From Eledone cirrhosa (lineage: Eukaryota): a stretch of DNA of 64,000 nt. The stretch is taken from assembly GCA_964016885.1 (NCBI GenBank), contig OZ024742.1:223696001-223760000 (forward strand), written 5' to 3'. The notes beneath the pieces were generated by a model. The model made no database searches, was not told the DNA's origin, and worked only from the letters and a program-made list of their open reading frames with translations. Shown here one piece after another: positions 25,651 to 37,400 of the stretch (its first letter is position 1; each line of letters begins with the position of its first letter). A program made the translations under genes and the position numbers.

Positions 25651-25671
25651 TTTATATATATATATATATAT

Positions 25672-27244
25672 AGAGATCTAGATGAAATGCAGTTCGGGTT
25701 TGTGTCAGGCAAAAGTACCACAGACGCTCTTTTCATTGTACGACAACTACAGGAGAAGTACCTAGCTAAAAGTAAACCCCTATACTTAGCTTTTGTCGAC
25801 TTGGAGAAAGCCTTCGACAGAGTGCCCCGTTCCATTATCTGGTGGGCTCTTAGAAAACTAGGTGTTGATGAATGGCTTGTGAGAGCTATACAAGCCATGT
25901 ATAAAGAAACAGTCAGCAAGGTTAGAATTAACAACGAATATAGTGAAGAGTTTAGCGTAAAAGTTGGTGTTCATCAGGGCTCTGTTCTTAGCCCCCTACT
26001 ATTTATTATTGCCCTACAGGCTATAACAGTGGAGTTCAAGACCGGCTGCCCATGGGAACTCCTATACGCAGATGATCTAACGCTCAAAGCTGAATCAATG
26101 GCCGAGCTAGAGAAGAAATTCCAAACATGGAAGCACAGCCTAGAATCAAAAGGCCTTAAAATTAACCTGGCTAAGACTAAAGTTCTAGTTTGTAGGAAAG
26201 AAAATAAGGCGTCGGTCCCTTCCGGGAAATGGCCATGCTCAGTGTGTAGGAAAGGCGTAGGTAGAAACTCCATTTTATGTCCCAAATGCAAAGTATGGGT
26301 GCATAAAAGATGTAGTTGGATCACAGGTAAGCTAACTAAGAACATAGATTTTACATGGAAAAAGTTCAGAGAGCTTACACCACTATTAGTCGCTAAAGGG
26401 TTCTCCCTAAAAATGAAAGCAGGCTGTATGATGCCTGCATACGAACAGCAATGTTGCATGGCAGTGAGACCTGGGCATTGTGTGCAGAGGATATACGCAG
26501 ATTAGAGAGGAACGAAGCTTGCATGCTCCGCTGGATGTGTAATAGTAATATACGCGAACGGCAAAGCATAAACGAACTAAGGGAAAAATTAGAAATAAGA
26601 GGGATCAGATGTTGTTTAGTCGAGAGAAGGCTATGTTGGTATGGTCACGTGATGCGCATGAAAGACGACAGCTGTATAAAAAAGTGCAGGGCAATAAAGA
26701 TAGACGGTAGCCACGGAGTAGGTAGACCCAGAAAAACCTGGGACGACCTGATAAATTCCGACCTCACACACTTACACCTCTCCAAGACAATGTCACTGGA
26801 CCGAGACCTTTGGCGGTACTCAGTAACAGAGAAGACCCGCCTTACCTGAATACAAAGTAAAAGCTACTACAGTCAGTAGGCATCTCTAACAAAACACACC
26901 CCCGTCCCACCACCCCACCCCATCCACACCGCCCCTTTCAATGTAAAGTTATGTTGGTGCCACAACATCCAGTCCGAAACAAATGAGATCGTGTAGGTGT
27001 CACGACAAAAAAACACACAGTCCACGCTGTAATGTGGCCGTGTAGGCAACACGGTAAAAACCTCCCAGTCCCACACTGTAAATGTGGCTGGTGTTAGGAA
27101 GGGAATCCAGCCATAGAAAACCCCCCAGACAGTCCTATGCGAGCAAGACAACCACTCTTGCCTCAAGTGGGAAAACTCCCGTCCAAACCCATGCAAGCGT
27201 GGAACATGGACGTTAAACGATGATGATGATGATGATGATGATGA
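25672..27244 (+). mobile_element. 5'-truncated RTE copy (RT to tail) with an internal deletion and a frameshift
   Basis: QFGF...LYADD present. KNIDF joins directly to WKKF (about 60 codons lost). (GAT)n tail at ~27220-27244. Confidence 0.92.
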
Positions 27245-28525
27245 TATAAAGAGAAAACATGCTGACTACAATTATAACAGGAGGAAGGTAAAGTCCTGCT
27301 GTAGTAGTATTTCGAAATGTTCTTGGATTTAGGTTCATTTGTTGAGAGTCAAGGGTGAGTAAGTTGTGTTGACAGCAACTGAGAAGAAATATATTTATGG
27401 ATTGATAAGGTACTTACAGACATTAGTGTGGTATAGAACTAAGAAGGCTAGAATATACTTAATGATTATATTTCTGTGGTGGTTCATGCAGTGTAATGGT
27501 TATCCTAAGTTGAAAGCTAAGTTACGTCGGTTCGATTCACGGAGGCTTAAATCTTGTGAATTTAGTGGCGATCTTGTGTCTGCAGAAGATTGATCTTTCT
27601 AACTTGTTGTTGAGTAGCCTTTTTACATTTCTAAGGATATATAGTAATTCTAGATCACAGAGCCTACAGTGGGACATACCGTAGATATACTATACTTCCC
27701 ACCCACCTAGATTGATGTTGTGATTATTTCAAATAATTTATTGCTAGCATTGTTAGTATTGTTGTTATTGTTCTGATTGAAAGCCATTACTACTATATAT
27801 AGTAGCCATGCCTGTATATTCCTTTCATTCTCACAAGCTCCGATGAATTGATTGGTTATAACTTTGTATTGGTGATCGAATAACGTGAAAACAAGCGGGT
27901 AGCGATCTCTAGACCTACCAGTTCAGAGAAACAATTGTCAGCAATGAGATTAAAAACCATTTTTGTATAGCAAACCGTGTCACTCTTCTTTCCTGATTTA
28001 TATATATATATATATTATAAATTATGTCCATAGAATCATTTGATAATATATATACACCATTTCCTCTCCCAATTAGCATAATCAACCACACAAAAAACCA
28101 ATTAAACCAGGCTATAAGATTAAAAGGCACCTATAAAGAAATAATAGATAAATAAACGACAGCCATCTATTCGCGATCAACAGCTATAGAATATTTACCC
28201 ACCATTTCAATAGCACGTGGAAATCGATTAAATAAATCGTCAACCATACACAATTAAGTATAAAATTAAAGTTAGAAGAAAAAAATGCATATACACATAC
28301 CAGGATTACGTTTCTACCCTTTAGGGTTTCGTTCGCTTTCGGAAATATCCTATCAAGGATAAATTCTCGAGCTTCGAACTCATCATGATTCTATGGACAT
28401 AATTTATAGTATATTGCTTTGATTATTTAATTTATTAATTCATCATTGAGCCACATCGTGAATGGTTGCCAAAAGATATATATCTATGACTTTGTCTAGT
28501 TTGTGTATATGTAAATCTTTATATA

Positions 28526-28566
<41 letters not shown>

Positions 28567-28581
28567 GTGTGTATGTATGTA

Positions 28582-28615
<34 letters not shown>

Positions 28616-28618
<3 letters not shown>

Positions 28619-28750
28619 AGCTGTAGAAAACCCGCCAGACAGTCCTATGCGAGCAAGACAACCACTCTTGCCTCAAGTGGGAAAACCCCCGTCCAAACCC
28701 ATGCAAGCGTAGAACAGGGACGTTAAACGATGATGATGATGATGATGATG
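28616..28750 (+). mobile_element. Short RTE 3'-tail copy inserted in (TA)n
   Basis: Reverse complement of 31398-31515. Confidence 0.85.
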
Positions 28751-29299
28751 AGCATTGGCCTTACAATCGAAAGGTTGTGAGTTCAATTCTCAGACCGGGT
28801 GATGTGTTGTGTCCTTGAGCAAGACACGTTATTTCACATTGCTCCAGTTTACTCACCTTCCAGTGGTCGTGGAGGTGCCACGGCAAAAAAGCCCCCAGCC
28901 CGCACTGTAAAGTGGACGTGTAGGCGCCACGGAAAAAAAGCACCCAGCACTCACTGTAAATGAGGTTGGTGTTAGGAAGGGCATCCAGCTGTAGAAATCA
29001 AGCCAGAATCAGTTCCCGTCCCACCCTTGCAAGCAGGGAAAAGCAGACGTAAAATGATTTCCATTTCCATGATTTATATATATATATACACACACTCATG
29101 TATATATACAAACACACATATATATACATGTATATATATATATATACAAACATGTATATACACACACACATATATATACATGTATATATATATACATATA
29201 TACAAACATGTATATACACACATACACATACATATATAAACATGCGTTTATACATGCACACACATCCATGTACGTTCGATACATTGACAGGGGCTGCTT

Positions 29300-29990
29300 T
29301 ATGTACGGTAGGCAGGAGGCTGGAGGTGCTACAATAGTCTTCAAACTTGGAGAACCAGCTGGATCATTTGGAGAAGTTTGCTACAAATGTGTCTGAGGAT
29401 TCTGCCGCCACGAACTTCCCAGGAAAAAGTAGGCAAAGAAGAAGATATCATTTTGTCTCCTCTTCTAGAAATCAATAAAATAAGTATTGTTCCAGCATGG
29501 CCACAGTATAATGACTGAAAGCAGTAAAAAAAATATAGAAGTGAAATGATTGCATCAATGAAAGAAATGAACTACTGGGAGAGGCTGAAAAAACTAAAGC
29601 TCCTCTCCCTGGAGTGAAGACGGGAGAGATACACAGTGATATATATATATAGAAAATCTTGGAAGGGTTAGCACCAAACTTTGGGATTAAAGGCAAGACC
29701 AGCCCACAAACAGGATGCCACTGTGTAGTGCCAAAAGTTCCATCCGTGCATCAAGAATGAGGACCACATACTGCATTAGTCTGGGGTTTAAGGGACCCCA
29801 GCTTTTTAATAAGCTGCCAAAAAAATCAGAGATATCTACATGGTGTGCATGTAGATGTTTACAAGAGACATCCCAGATGAACCCACAGCACAAGGCAAAG
29901 CACATATAAGAACAGCAGCAACAAACTCCCTTTTACATCAATGGCCAACCTGGGAAGGCTGGCTATAGAAAGTGTAGCTTCAATGGTGGT
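29300..29990 (+). mobile_element. Degenerate CR1/L2-group LINE 3' fragment
   Basis: MNYWERLKKLKLLSLE*RRERY...KILEGLAPN at ~29567-29680 and GPQLFNKLP downstream. Confidence 0.8.
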
Positions 29991-31397
29991 GCCCTAGCAT
30001 GACCTCAGCTAATCAGCTGGAACACGTAATAATAGAGGATAAAATAGATACACAACAACATTTTTCTTCTAGTGAGAACTATAAACACTGTAACTGGATC
30101 AAACCAGTTCTCACAAATTTCAGTATATTTGACTTTTTATCCATTGTAATAATTAATTTTCATAGTGGGAAAATAGGAAAAAGTGATCAGGAATTTCTCT
30201 TTGATGAAATTTACAGCCAAGGTTAAAGTATTTGTTTTCTTCCAGATGCTGTTTATGGTAAATCTTGCTGGGAATTTATAAAACAATACAAATTCCAGGT
30301 GACACACATTTCGTCCTACACACATACTAAAAAATAAATTTTTACTGGTTTCAATCAATGGAATGTGATCATGCTGGGGCACCACCCAAAAGCAATTTTA
30401 GTTTATCATATCGATTTGGTCACATAATTTTCTCCTTACTCATATATTATTTTTTTACTTTAACTGGTTTCAGTGGCCATGATGTAGCTCTGCTTTAAAC
30501 CTTTTGTTATAAGGGCGGTGGATTGGCAGTATCGGTAGAGGGTCAGACGCCATGCTTTCCAGCATAGTTACGTCCCTTTACGATCTGAGTTCAAATACCG
30601 CCAAGGTTGACTTTGCCTTTCATCCTTACGGGGTCGATAAAATAAAGTACCAGTAATGCACTGGGTTATTGATGGCCTTGTGCCTAAAGTAGAAACAGTT
30701 ATTAGGTTTCTAATGAAAAACACTGCCTATAATTTTCAAATTATTTTGAAAATAATTGGGAATATACTGATATAACTAATTATCTCATTACCATATATTT
30801 AATGATAGAAATTGCTTATGATTTTTTTAAATAATCAAAGATTTAATAACTTTCTTATTATTAAGCTGGTGTTTGGAACACAACAAATGTTCTTACATAA
30901 AATTATGATGGAAGGATTTCAAATAAATATAAACATCTTAAAATAAACCGTTTTGTATCATAGAACAAGGAGTGGTTTTAACCCTTTAGTATTTACATTA
31001 CTCTATATATACTATAATATTATATTTTCACATAATTTTCTCACATAATATCGAATGTATGAGATTTTGATATTATTTATTTTGAGAAAAATTCCTTAAC
31101 ATAAGTATGAGTGGCTGGTTACAGCAGATTTGAACAGAAAGAGGTGAGAGAATTTTGGCCGGATATAGCCGATTTAAATGCTATAGTGTTAAGTGGTTTG
31201 GTAACGTAAGGGTTAAGGCAATTTTAGTCATCTTGTTTCAGTCATTAGACTGTGGTTTTGAAGGGAATTTATTTGATCAAATCAACCCCAGTACTTTCTT
31301 TTTCTAAGTCTGCTACTTATTTTATAGATTTTTCATTGAACTCTTGAATTACAGCACATAAATGAGGCACAGAAAGACAAATAGATACACTCACACA

Positions 31398-34300
31398 TAT
31401 CATCGTTTAACGTCCCTGTTCCACGCTTGCATGGGTTTGGACGGGGGTTTTCCCACTTGAGGCAAGAGTGGTTGTCTTGCTCGCATAGGACTGTCTGGCG
31501 GGTTTTCTACAGCTGGATGCCCTTCCTAACACCAACCACATTTACAGTGTGGGGCTGGGAGGTTTTTACCGTGTTGCCTACACGGCCACATTACAGCGTG
31601 GACTGTCTGGCGTGTTTTCTACAGCTGGATGCCCTTCCTAACACCAACCACATTTACAGTGTGGGACTGGGAGGTTTTTTACCGTGTTGCCTACACGGCC
31701 ACATTACAGCGTGGACTGTGTGTTTTTTGTCGTGACAACTACACGATCTCGTTTGTTTCGGCCTGGATGTTGTGGCACCAACATAACTTTGCATTGAAGG
31801 GGGCGGTGTGGATGGGGTGGGACGGGGGTGTATTTTGTTAGAGATGCCTACTTACTAGTAGGTTTTACTTTGTATTTAGGTAAGGTGGGTCTTCTCTGTT
31901 ACTGAGTACCGCCAAAGGTCTCGGTCCAGTGACATTGTCTTGGAGAGGTGTAAGTGTGTGAGGTCGGAATTTATCAGCTCGTCCCAGGTTTTCCTGGGTC
32001 TGCCTACTCCGTGGCTACCATCTATCTTTATTGCCCTGCACTTTGTTATACAGCTGTCGTCTTTCATGCGTATCACGTGACCATACCAACGTAGCCTTCT
32101 CTCGAGTAAACAACATCTGATCCCTCTTATTTCTAATTTTTTCTTTAGTTCGTTTATGCTTTGCCGTTCACGTATATTACTATTACACATCCAGCGGAGC
32201 ATGCAAGCTTCGTTCCTCTCTAGTCTGCGTATATCCTCTGCCCACAATGCCCAGGTCTCACTGCCATGCAACATTGCCGTTCGTATGCAGGCATCATACA
32301 ACCTGCCTTTCATTTTTAGGGAGAACCCTTTAGCGGCTAATAGTGGTATAAGCTCTCTGAACTTTTTCCATCCAGTTCTGACTCTAGCTACTGTACTTTC
32401 AGAGCACCCTCCCCCACTGCTGATTTTGTCACCCAGGTAACGGAAGCTGTCCACTATTTCTATAGAACCCTCTGCGCAATTGAAAGAGTTAGTATTCTGT
32501 GGGCACTTGCTGCTACTTATTGCACCAGAGCACCGGCCACATGTAAAATCTGTGTTCTTAGTTAGCTTACCTGTGATCCCACTACATCTTTTATGCACCC
32601 ATACTTTGCATTTGGGACATAAAATGGAGTTTCTACCTACGCCTTTCCTACACACTGAGCATGGCCATTTCCCGGAGGGGACCGGCGCCTTATTTTCTTT
32701 CCTACAAACTAGAACTTTAGTCTTAGCCATGTTAATTTTAAAGCCTTTTGATTCTAGGCCGTGCTTCCATGTTTGGAATTTCTTCTCTAGCTCGGCCATT
32801 GATTCAGCTATGAGCGTTAGATCATCTGCGTATAGGAGTTCCCATGGGCAGCCGGTCTTGAACTCCTCTGTTATAGCCTGAAGGGCAATAATAAATAGTA
32901 GGGGGCTAAGAACAGAGCCCTGATGGACACCAACTTTTACGCTAAACTCTTCACTATATTCGTTGTTAATTCTAACCTTGCTGACTGTTTCTTTATACAT
33001 GGCTTGTATGGCTCTCACAAGCCATTCGTCAACACCTAGTTTTCTAAGAGCCCACCAGATAATGGAACGGGGGACTCTGTCGAAGGCTTTCTCCAAGTCG
33101 ACAAAAGCTAAGTATAGGGGTTTACTTTTAGCTAGGTACTTCTCCTGTAGTTGTCGTACAATGAAAAGAGCGTCTGTGGTACTTTTGCCTGACACAAACC
33201 CAAACTGCATTCCATCTAGATCAATTCTCTCTCTGATTAGTTGCGCTATTACTTTTTCCGTGACCTTCATGACCTGGTCGATTAATTTAATGCCTCTATA
33301 GTTACTGCTATCTAGGGCATCTCCTTTACCCTTGTAACAGTTAACGATGATGCTGCTACGCCAGTCCTTCGGAACAACCCCATTCTGTATGACTTGGTTT
33401 ACTATCCAGGTGACCATGGTGTGTCCCACCGTACCGGAGGCTTTCAGCATCTCAGCAACTATTTCCGAAGGCCCAGCCGCCTTACCCGTCTTCATATCTT
33501 TGATTGCCTTACTTATTATACTACCTTTGACTAACACTGCTGGTCCCTCTATTGGATCGATGTGGGGGAGACTGTCTTTCTCCCATTTATTCTCCTCATT
33601 TAGTAGCCTTTCGTAGTGACACTTCCAAGCTACCTTCTTATCAGCGTCAGTGATGGCAAGTACGCCATCATCGTTAAGTACACACTTCTCCCCGACAATA
33701 TAACGGTTTTCCTTGACACATTGCCTAGCAATCCTGAACACCTCACGTATTTGGTCCTCGCATTGTAGAACATGCTTGAACTTTCTTTCCTCTGCTTCCC
33801 TTCTTGCGAAGTACACTTGTCTCCTAGCTTCCCTCCTGGCCACTTGATAGTCTTCTCTACTTCCCCCATCCCGCCATGCTTTCCAAGCCTGCTTTTTGGC
33901 CTTGATTGACCCCTCCACCTTACTGTTCCCCCACCATGTTACTCTCCTCCTGCCTACAGGCCTGCTCCAGCCACAGACTTCGTCTGCTGCCATCAGCAGG
34001 TTTGCTTTCAGGAATTCCCACTGTTCCTCTACCTTGTACGACTCTAATTGCTCTTCCTTACTGTCGAAAGCATCAAGTAATATGCTTTGAAATTTATTTC
34101 TGGCTGTGGGATCCTTTAGCTTCCATATTTTTCTCCTGACGATAGTCCTCTTCTGCTGTCTAGTACGTCTCGTCCTGACTATGAGGTCGCTAATTATCAG
34201 TCTATGTTGGGAGGTGCATTCTTCATGGGGGAGGGATTTAGTGTTTACAACAGACACTCTGTCACGTCTTCTGGTAAGGATATAATCTACCTGGCTGGTA

Positions 34301-35158
34301 TGTTCTCCTGATCTGTAGGTGATCAAGTGATTGTCTCGTTTTTTTAAGTTAGTGTTACAGATAGTTAGGTTGTTCGCATCACAGAATTCCAGGATTCTGG
34401 AGCCTTCCTCGTTTCTAGTACCAAACCCATAGCCTCCGTGGATTCCGTCATAGCCGTCACAATGTTGTCCAACGTGACCATTTAGGTCGCCAGCAATAAT
34501 TATATAGTCACTGTCGGTTATTTGGGAGGTAGTGAGCATCAGTGTCTCATAGAATCTGTCTTTTATAGCGCCAGGCAGTCCGGATTGGGGCGCGTATGCA
34601 GATATTACTGTCACAGTAGTTCTGTTTAGAACAAGTCTTATTTTAATTATACTGTCGTTCACTCTATTTACATCTATTATCTTATCCACCCATTTTTCTG
34701 CTAACATGATTCCTACCCCACCTATCCCATTGTCATTCCCCACCCAGAAAAGCTTATAGCAACGTTTTTTACCCACAATGAATCTAGCAGACCCGCCCCT
34801 CCACCTGGTCTCTTGGATACAGCAAACATCAACCTCCTTACATTCAAGCATTTCTACAACCTCGTTAGAGCGGCCTTTTAAGGTGCCTACGTTCATGGTA
34901 CCAACTCTGAAGTTTGGGATTGTGTTTGGAGGATGGGGCACAGGGAGGGGTGAGGGGAATGAGTTTGGGGTTATGTTGGCCATCCGCGGCCGAAACAAAG
35001 AGGGGGGGGGGCCTTGCCCCTTCGTCCGGCAGCATGAGGTGAATTTGTCGTTATCTTTGGCATTGTCATCGAGTGTCCAGATTCTTCAGACTCTCCAGAA
35101 ATTCCTTAGTCCATCCATCATATCGAAAAGCAGCCAGTAAAGCAAGAATAGCGATTGT
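31398..35158 (-). mobile_element. Near full-length RTE-clade non-LTR retrotransposon (5' end approximate)
   Basis: Single long ORF, ~480-bp 3'UTR ending ccatgcaagcgtgg...gacgttaaacgatg, several near-identical truncated copies in the window. Confidence 0.93.
31876..34983 (-). CDS. RTE ORF, ~1035 aa from the ATG at 34983: APE endonuclease, reverse transcriptase and an inserted PHD-like Cys/His finger
   Basis: APE motifs NVGTL, IQETRW, AYAPQ, GDLNGHVG, VDYIL, SQH. RT motifs YRGIKL, QFGF, DLEKAFD, GVHQGSVLSP, LYADD. No stops or frameshifts. Confidence 0.95.
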   Translation of the reverse strand: MANITPNSFPSPLPVPHPPNTIPNFRVGTMNVGTLKGRSNEVVEMLECKEVDVCCIQETRWRGGSARFIVGKKRCYKLFWVGNDNGIGGVGIMLAEKWVDKIIDVNRVNDSIIKIRLVLNRTTVTVISAYAPQSGLPGAIKDRFYETLMLTTSQITDSDYIIIAGDLNGHVGQHCDGYDGIHGGYGFGTRNEEGSRILEFCDANNLTICNTNLKKRDNHLITYRSGEHTSQVDYILTRRRDRVSVVNTKSLPHEECTSQHRLIISDLIVRTRRTRQQKRTIVRRKIWKLKDPTARNKFQSILLDAFDSKEEQLESYKVEEQWEFLKANLLMAADEVCGWSRPVGRRRVTWWGNSKVEGSIKAKKQAWKAWRDGGSREDYQVARREARRQVYFARREAEERKFKHVLQCEDQIREVFRIARQCVKENRYIVGEKCVLNDDGVLAITDADKKVAWKCHYERLLNEENKWEKDSLPHIDPIEGPAVLVKGSIISKAIKDMKTGKAAGPSEIVAEMLKASGTVGHTMVTWIVNQVIQNGVVPKDWRSSIIVNCYKGKGDALDSSNYRGIKLIDQVMKVTEKVIAQLIRERIDLDGMQFGFVSGKSTTDALFIVRQLQEKYLAKSKPLYLAFVDLEKAFDRVPRSIIWWALRKLGVDEWLVRAIQAMYKETVSKVRINNEYSEEFSVKVGVHQGSVLSPLLFIIALQAITEEFKTGCPWELLYADDLTLIAESMAELEKKFQTWKHGLESKGFKINMAKTKVLVCRKENKAPVPSGKWPCSVCRKGVGRNSILCPKCKVWVHKRCSGITGKLTKNTDFTCGRCSGAISSSKCPQNTNSFNCAEGSIEIVDSFRYLGDKISSGGGCSESTVARVRTGWKKFRELIPLLAAKGFSLKMKGRLYDACIRTAMLHGSETWALWAEDIRRLERNEACMLRWMCNSNIRERQSINELKKKLEIRGIRCCLLERRLRWYGHVIRMKDDSCITKCRAIKIDGSHGVGRPRKTWDELINSDLTHLHLSKTMSLDRDLWRYSVTEKTHLT

Positions 35159-36759
35159 AGATATATATGGATGAATGAACGAGGTTTTAAGGACATATAT
35201 ATATACGTATATCATCATCAACACCATTTAGCGTCCATTTTCCCAAGCTATCATGGGTTATATATATATAATAATAATAATTGTTTCTACTTTAGGCACA
35301 AGGCCAGCAATTACCCAGTGCATTACTGGTACTTTATTTTATCGACCCCGTAGGAATGAGGTGCGTCAAAGTATCATCATTAAGTTTATTTAGGTGTGAC
35401 GCACGTTTTGTGATTGATCAGTGCAAGGTACAATCCATATCGAATGGGCCCAACTCTGGAATCAATAGCTTATAAGACTCATGGTTTTCTTAATGATGGA
35501 ATTATTATTATCATTAACACCCTGCTTATGAAGGAGACCAACCATATTGTAACACCAAATGTACAACATCACATACTATACTTAAATGGACCCACTTATG
35601 CATTGAGTGCTCAAGTTGGTGAACCAACAGTTACATAAAGTTACAAAACATTATAAAACATTATTAAACTATATATAAATATATATATATATCATCATCA
35701 TCAACTTTAATGCCTGTTTTCCCTACTAGCAAGGGTTGGATGGGCCTTCACAAACTGAGTCAGCACTCAAGCAGAGCTACTGACCTCTCAGATGGGCCGG
35801 GGGCTTGCATTTTGCTTATACAATTCTGCATTCTACCAAATGCCTTTTATAATGGTCCCGATTCCCAGATAGATTATGTTTTTGACACATCTCAAAAGTA
35901 CTCCTAACCCTTTTTGGGGCAGGTTTTCTATGGTTAGATGCCCTTCCAATCACCAACCACTTTACAGAGTGTAGTCAGTATATTTATTGTGTAGATCACC
36001 AACACTAGGTTCTTGCATCTTTGACACAACTAAAAGTCTTTCTGATGCTCTGTTTGGCAAGTTTTCTATAGCTAGATACCCATATACATACCATAGTATT
36101 AACTATCTTAGTACTAATTACATTAGTACTAGTTGCTTTAGTACTGGAATAGGCTTCCATCAGTTTCAAAATTGAGTGTTCCAATTGTTCAACCAACAGA
36201 ACAGCCTGCTTTGTAATCATGTGGAACCAGGTTTGATTCCACTCTGTGGTATCTTGGACAAGTGTCTTTACTGTATGAGTCGACACATGCCTTGTGATTG
36301 AAACTGGATAAACAGGAAACTACAGAAACCTATCGAATGGATATATGTATGTATATATATATTTAGAACACTTGCATGAGGGGGTTTCTTCTTTAAAGGC
36401 TTTCTGCTGTTCAGCTCTCCTGAGAGTTTCTTACCATATATATATCCTTCAAATGGGAGGATGTTTTTCAATAGGCAAACTACCTATCATTGAAAAGACC
36501 AGTCTCATCATGTATTGTCTTATGCTGATTTAGCTTGGCAATTATGTTAATGGTACATATTTCTGTGGCATACTCAACCACTTACCATGTAATTCACAAG
36601 TGGGACATACAGTTGAACAACTGAATGCTCATTATCTAAACCAATAGGAGATTAATCATCTAAGGTAGATAGAAATGTTTGGTGTTTGTTATTTCCCTAT
36701 GTAGAACACCTGTGTGGAAGAACTGATTTACCAAGGTAATGGTGAATAGCACAATAGCA

Positions 36760-37400
36760 TCTGTGTCAACATCACCATGTATGGACATTCATGGGAGAAA
36801 GTGTCCAGCTTCAAATACTGAGAGCAGTCTTGTCAAAATATGGTACTTGCAATGCAGAAATCTGCACATGGATTGCTGCAGCTATGGCAGTGATGGCCAA
36901 ATTTACAAGAATATGGAGGAGCAAAATCAGCTTTCAGACCAAGTACAGATTGTATAAATTGCTAGAAGTCTCTGTCCTCCTATATGGATGTGAAACCTGG
37001 ATACTTTTGACAGAAAAAGAGAGAAGGATCCAGGCATTTAAGGACAAATGCATGAGAAGCTCCTTCGTATTTCCTATTGGGACCGTAAAACTAATGAATA
37101 TGTGCAGAGTAAGGTTTAAAGTTTTGTGGGTCATCAAGAACCTCTCCTTGCCACTATCAAGAAGGGGAAATTGGCATAGTTTGGCCACGTCACACGACAT
37201 GACAGCCTGTGCAAGACCATCATGCAAAGCACCGTTGAAGTTGGACACCAAAGCAATTACTGGTTGGACAATGTCAAAGAATGGACACAAATAACTACAC
37301 CAGATTTGTTGATGGCCACCATTGATAGACTATTTTGAGTGTGTGCTGCTTCTGCAATAGGATACCACCGACAACTACAGAAGTCAAGGTGATGATGATG
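36760..37400 (+). mobile_element. Degenerate RTE/BovB-like LINE 3' fragment
   Basis: VSVLLYGCETWILLTEKERRIQAF motif, frameshifts, (GAT)n tail. Confidence 0.85.

Noticed and set aside
32156-35140. Plus-strand ORFs of 64-133 aa within the LINE
   Set aside because: They are antisense shadows of the RTE ORF with no independent motifs.
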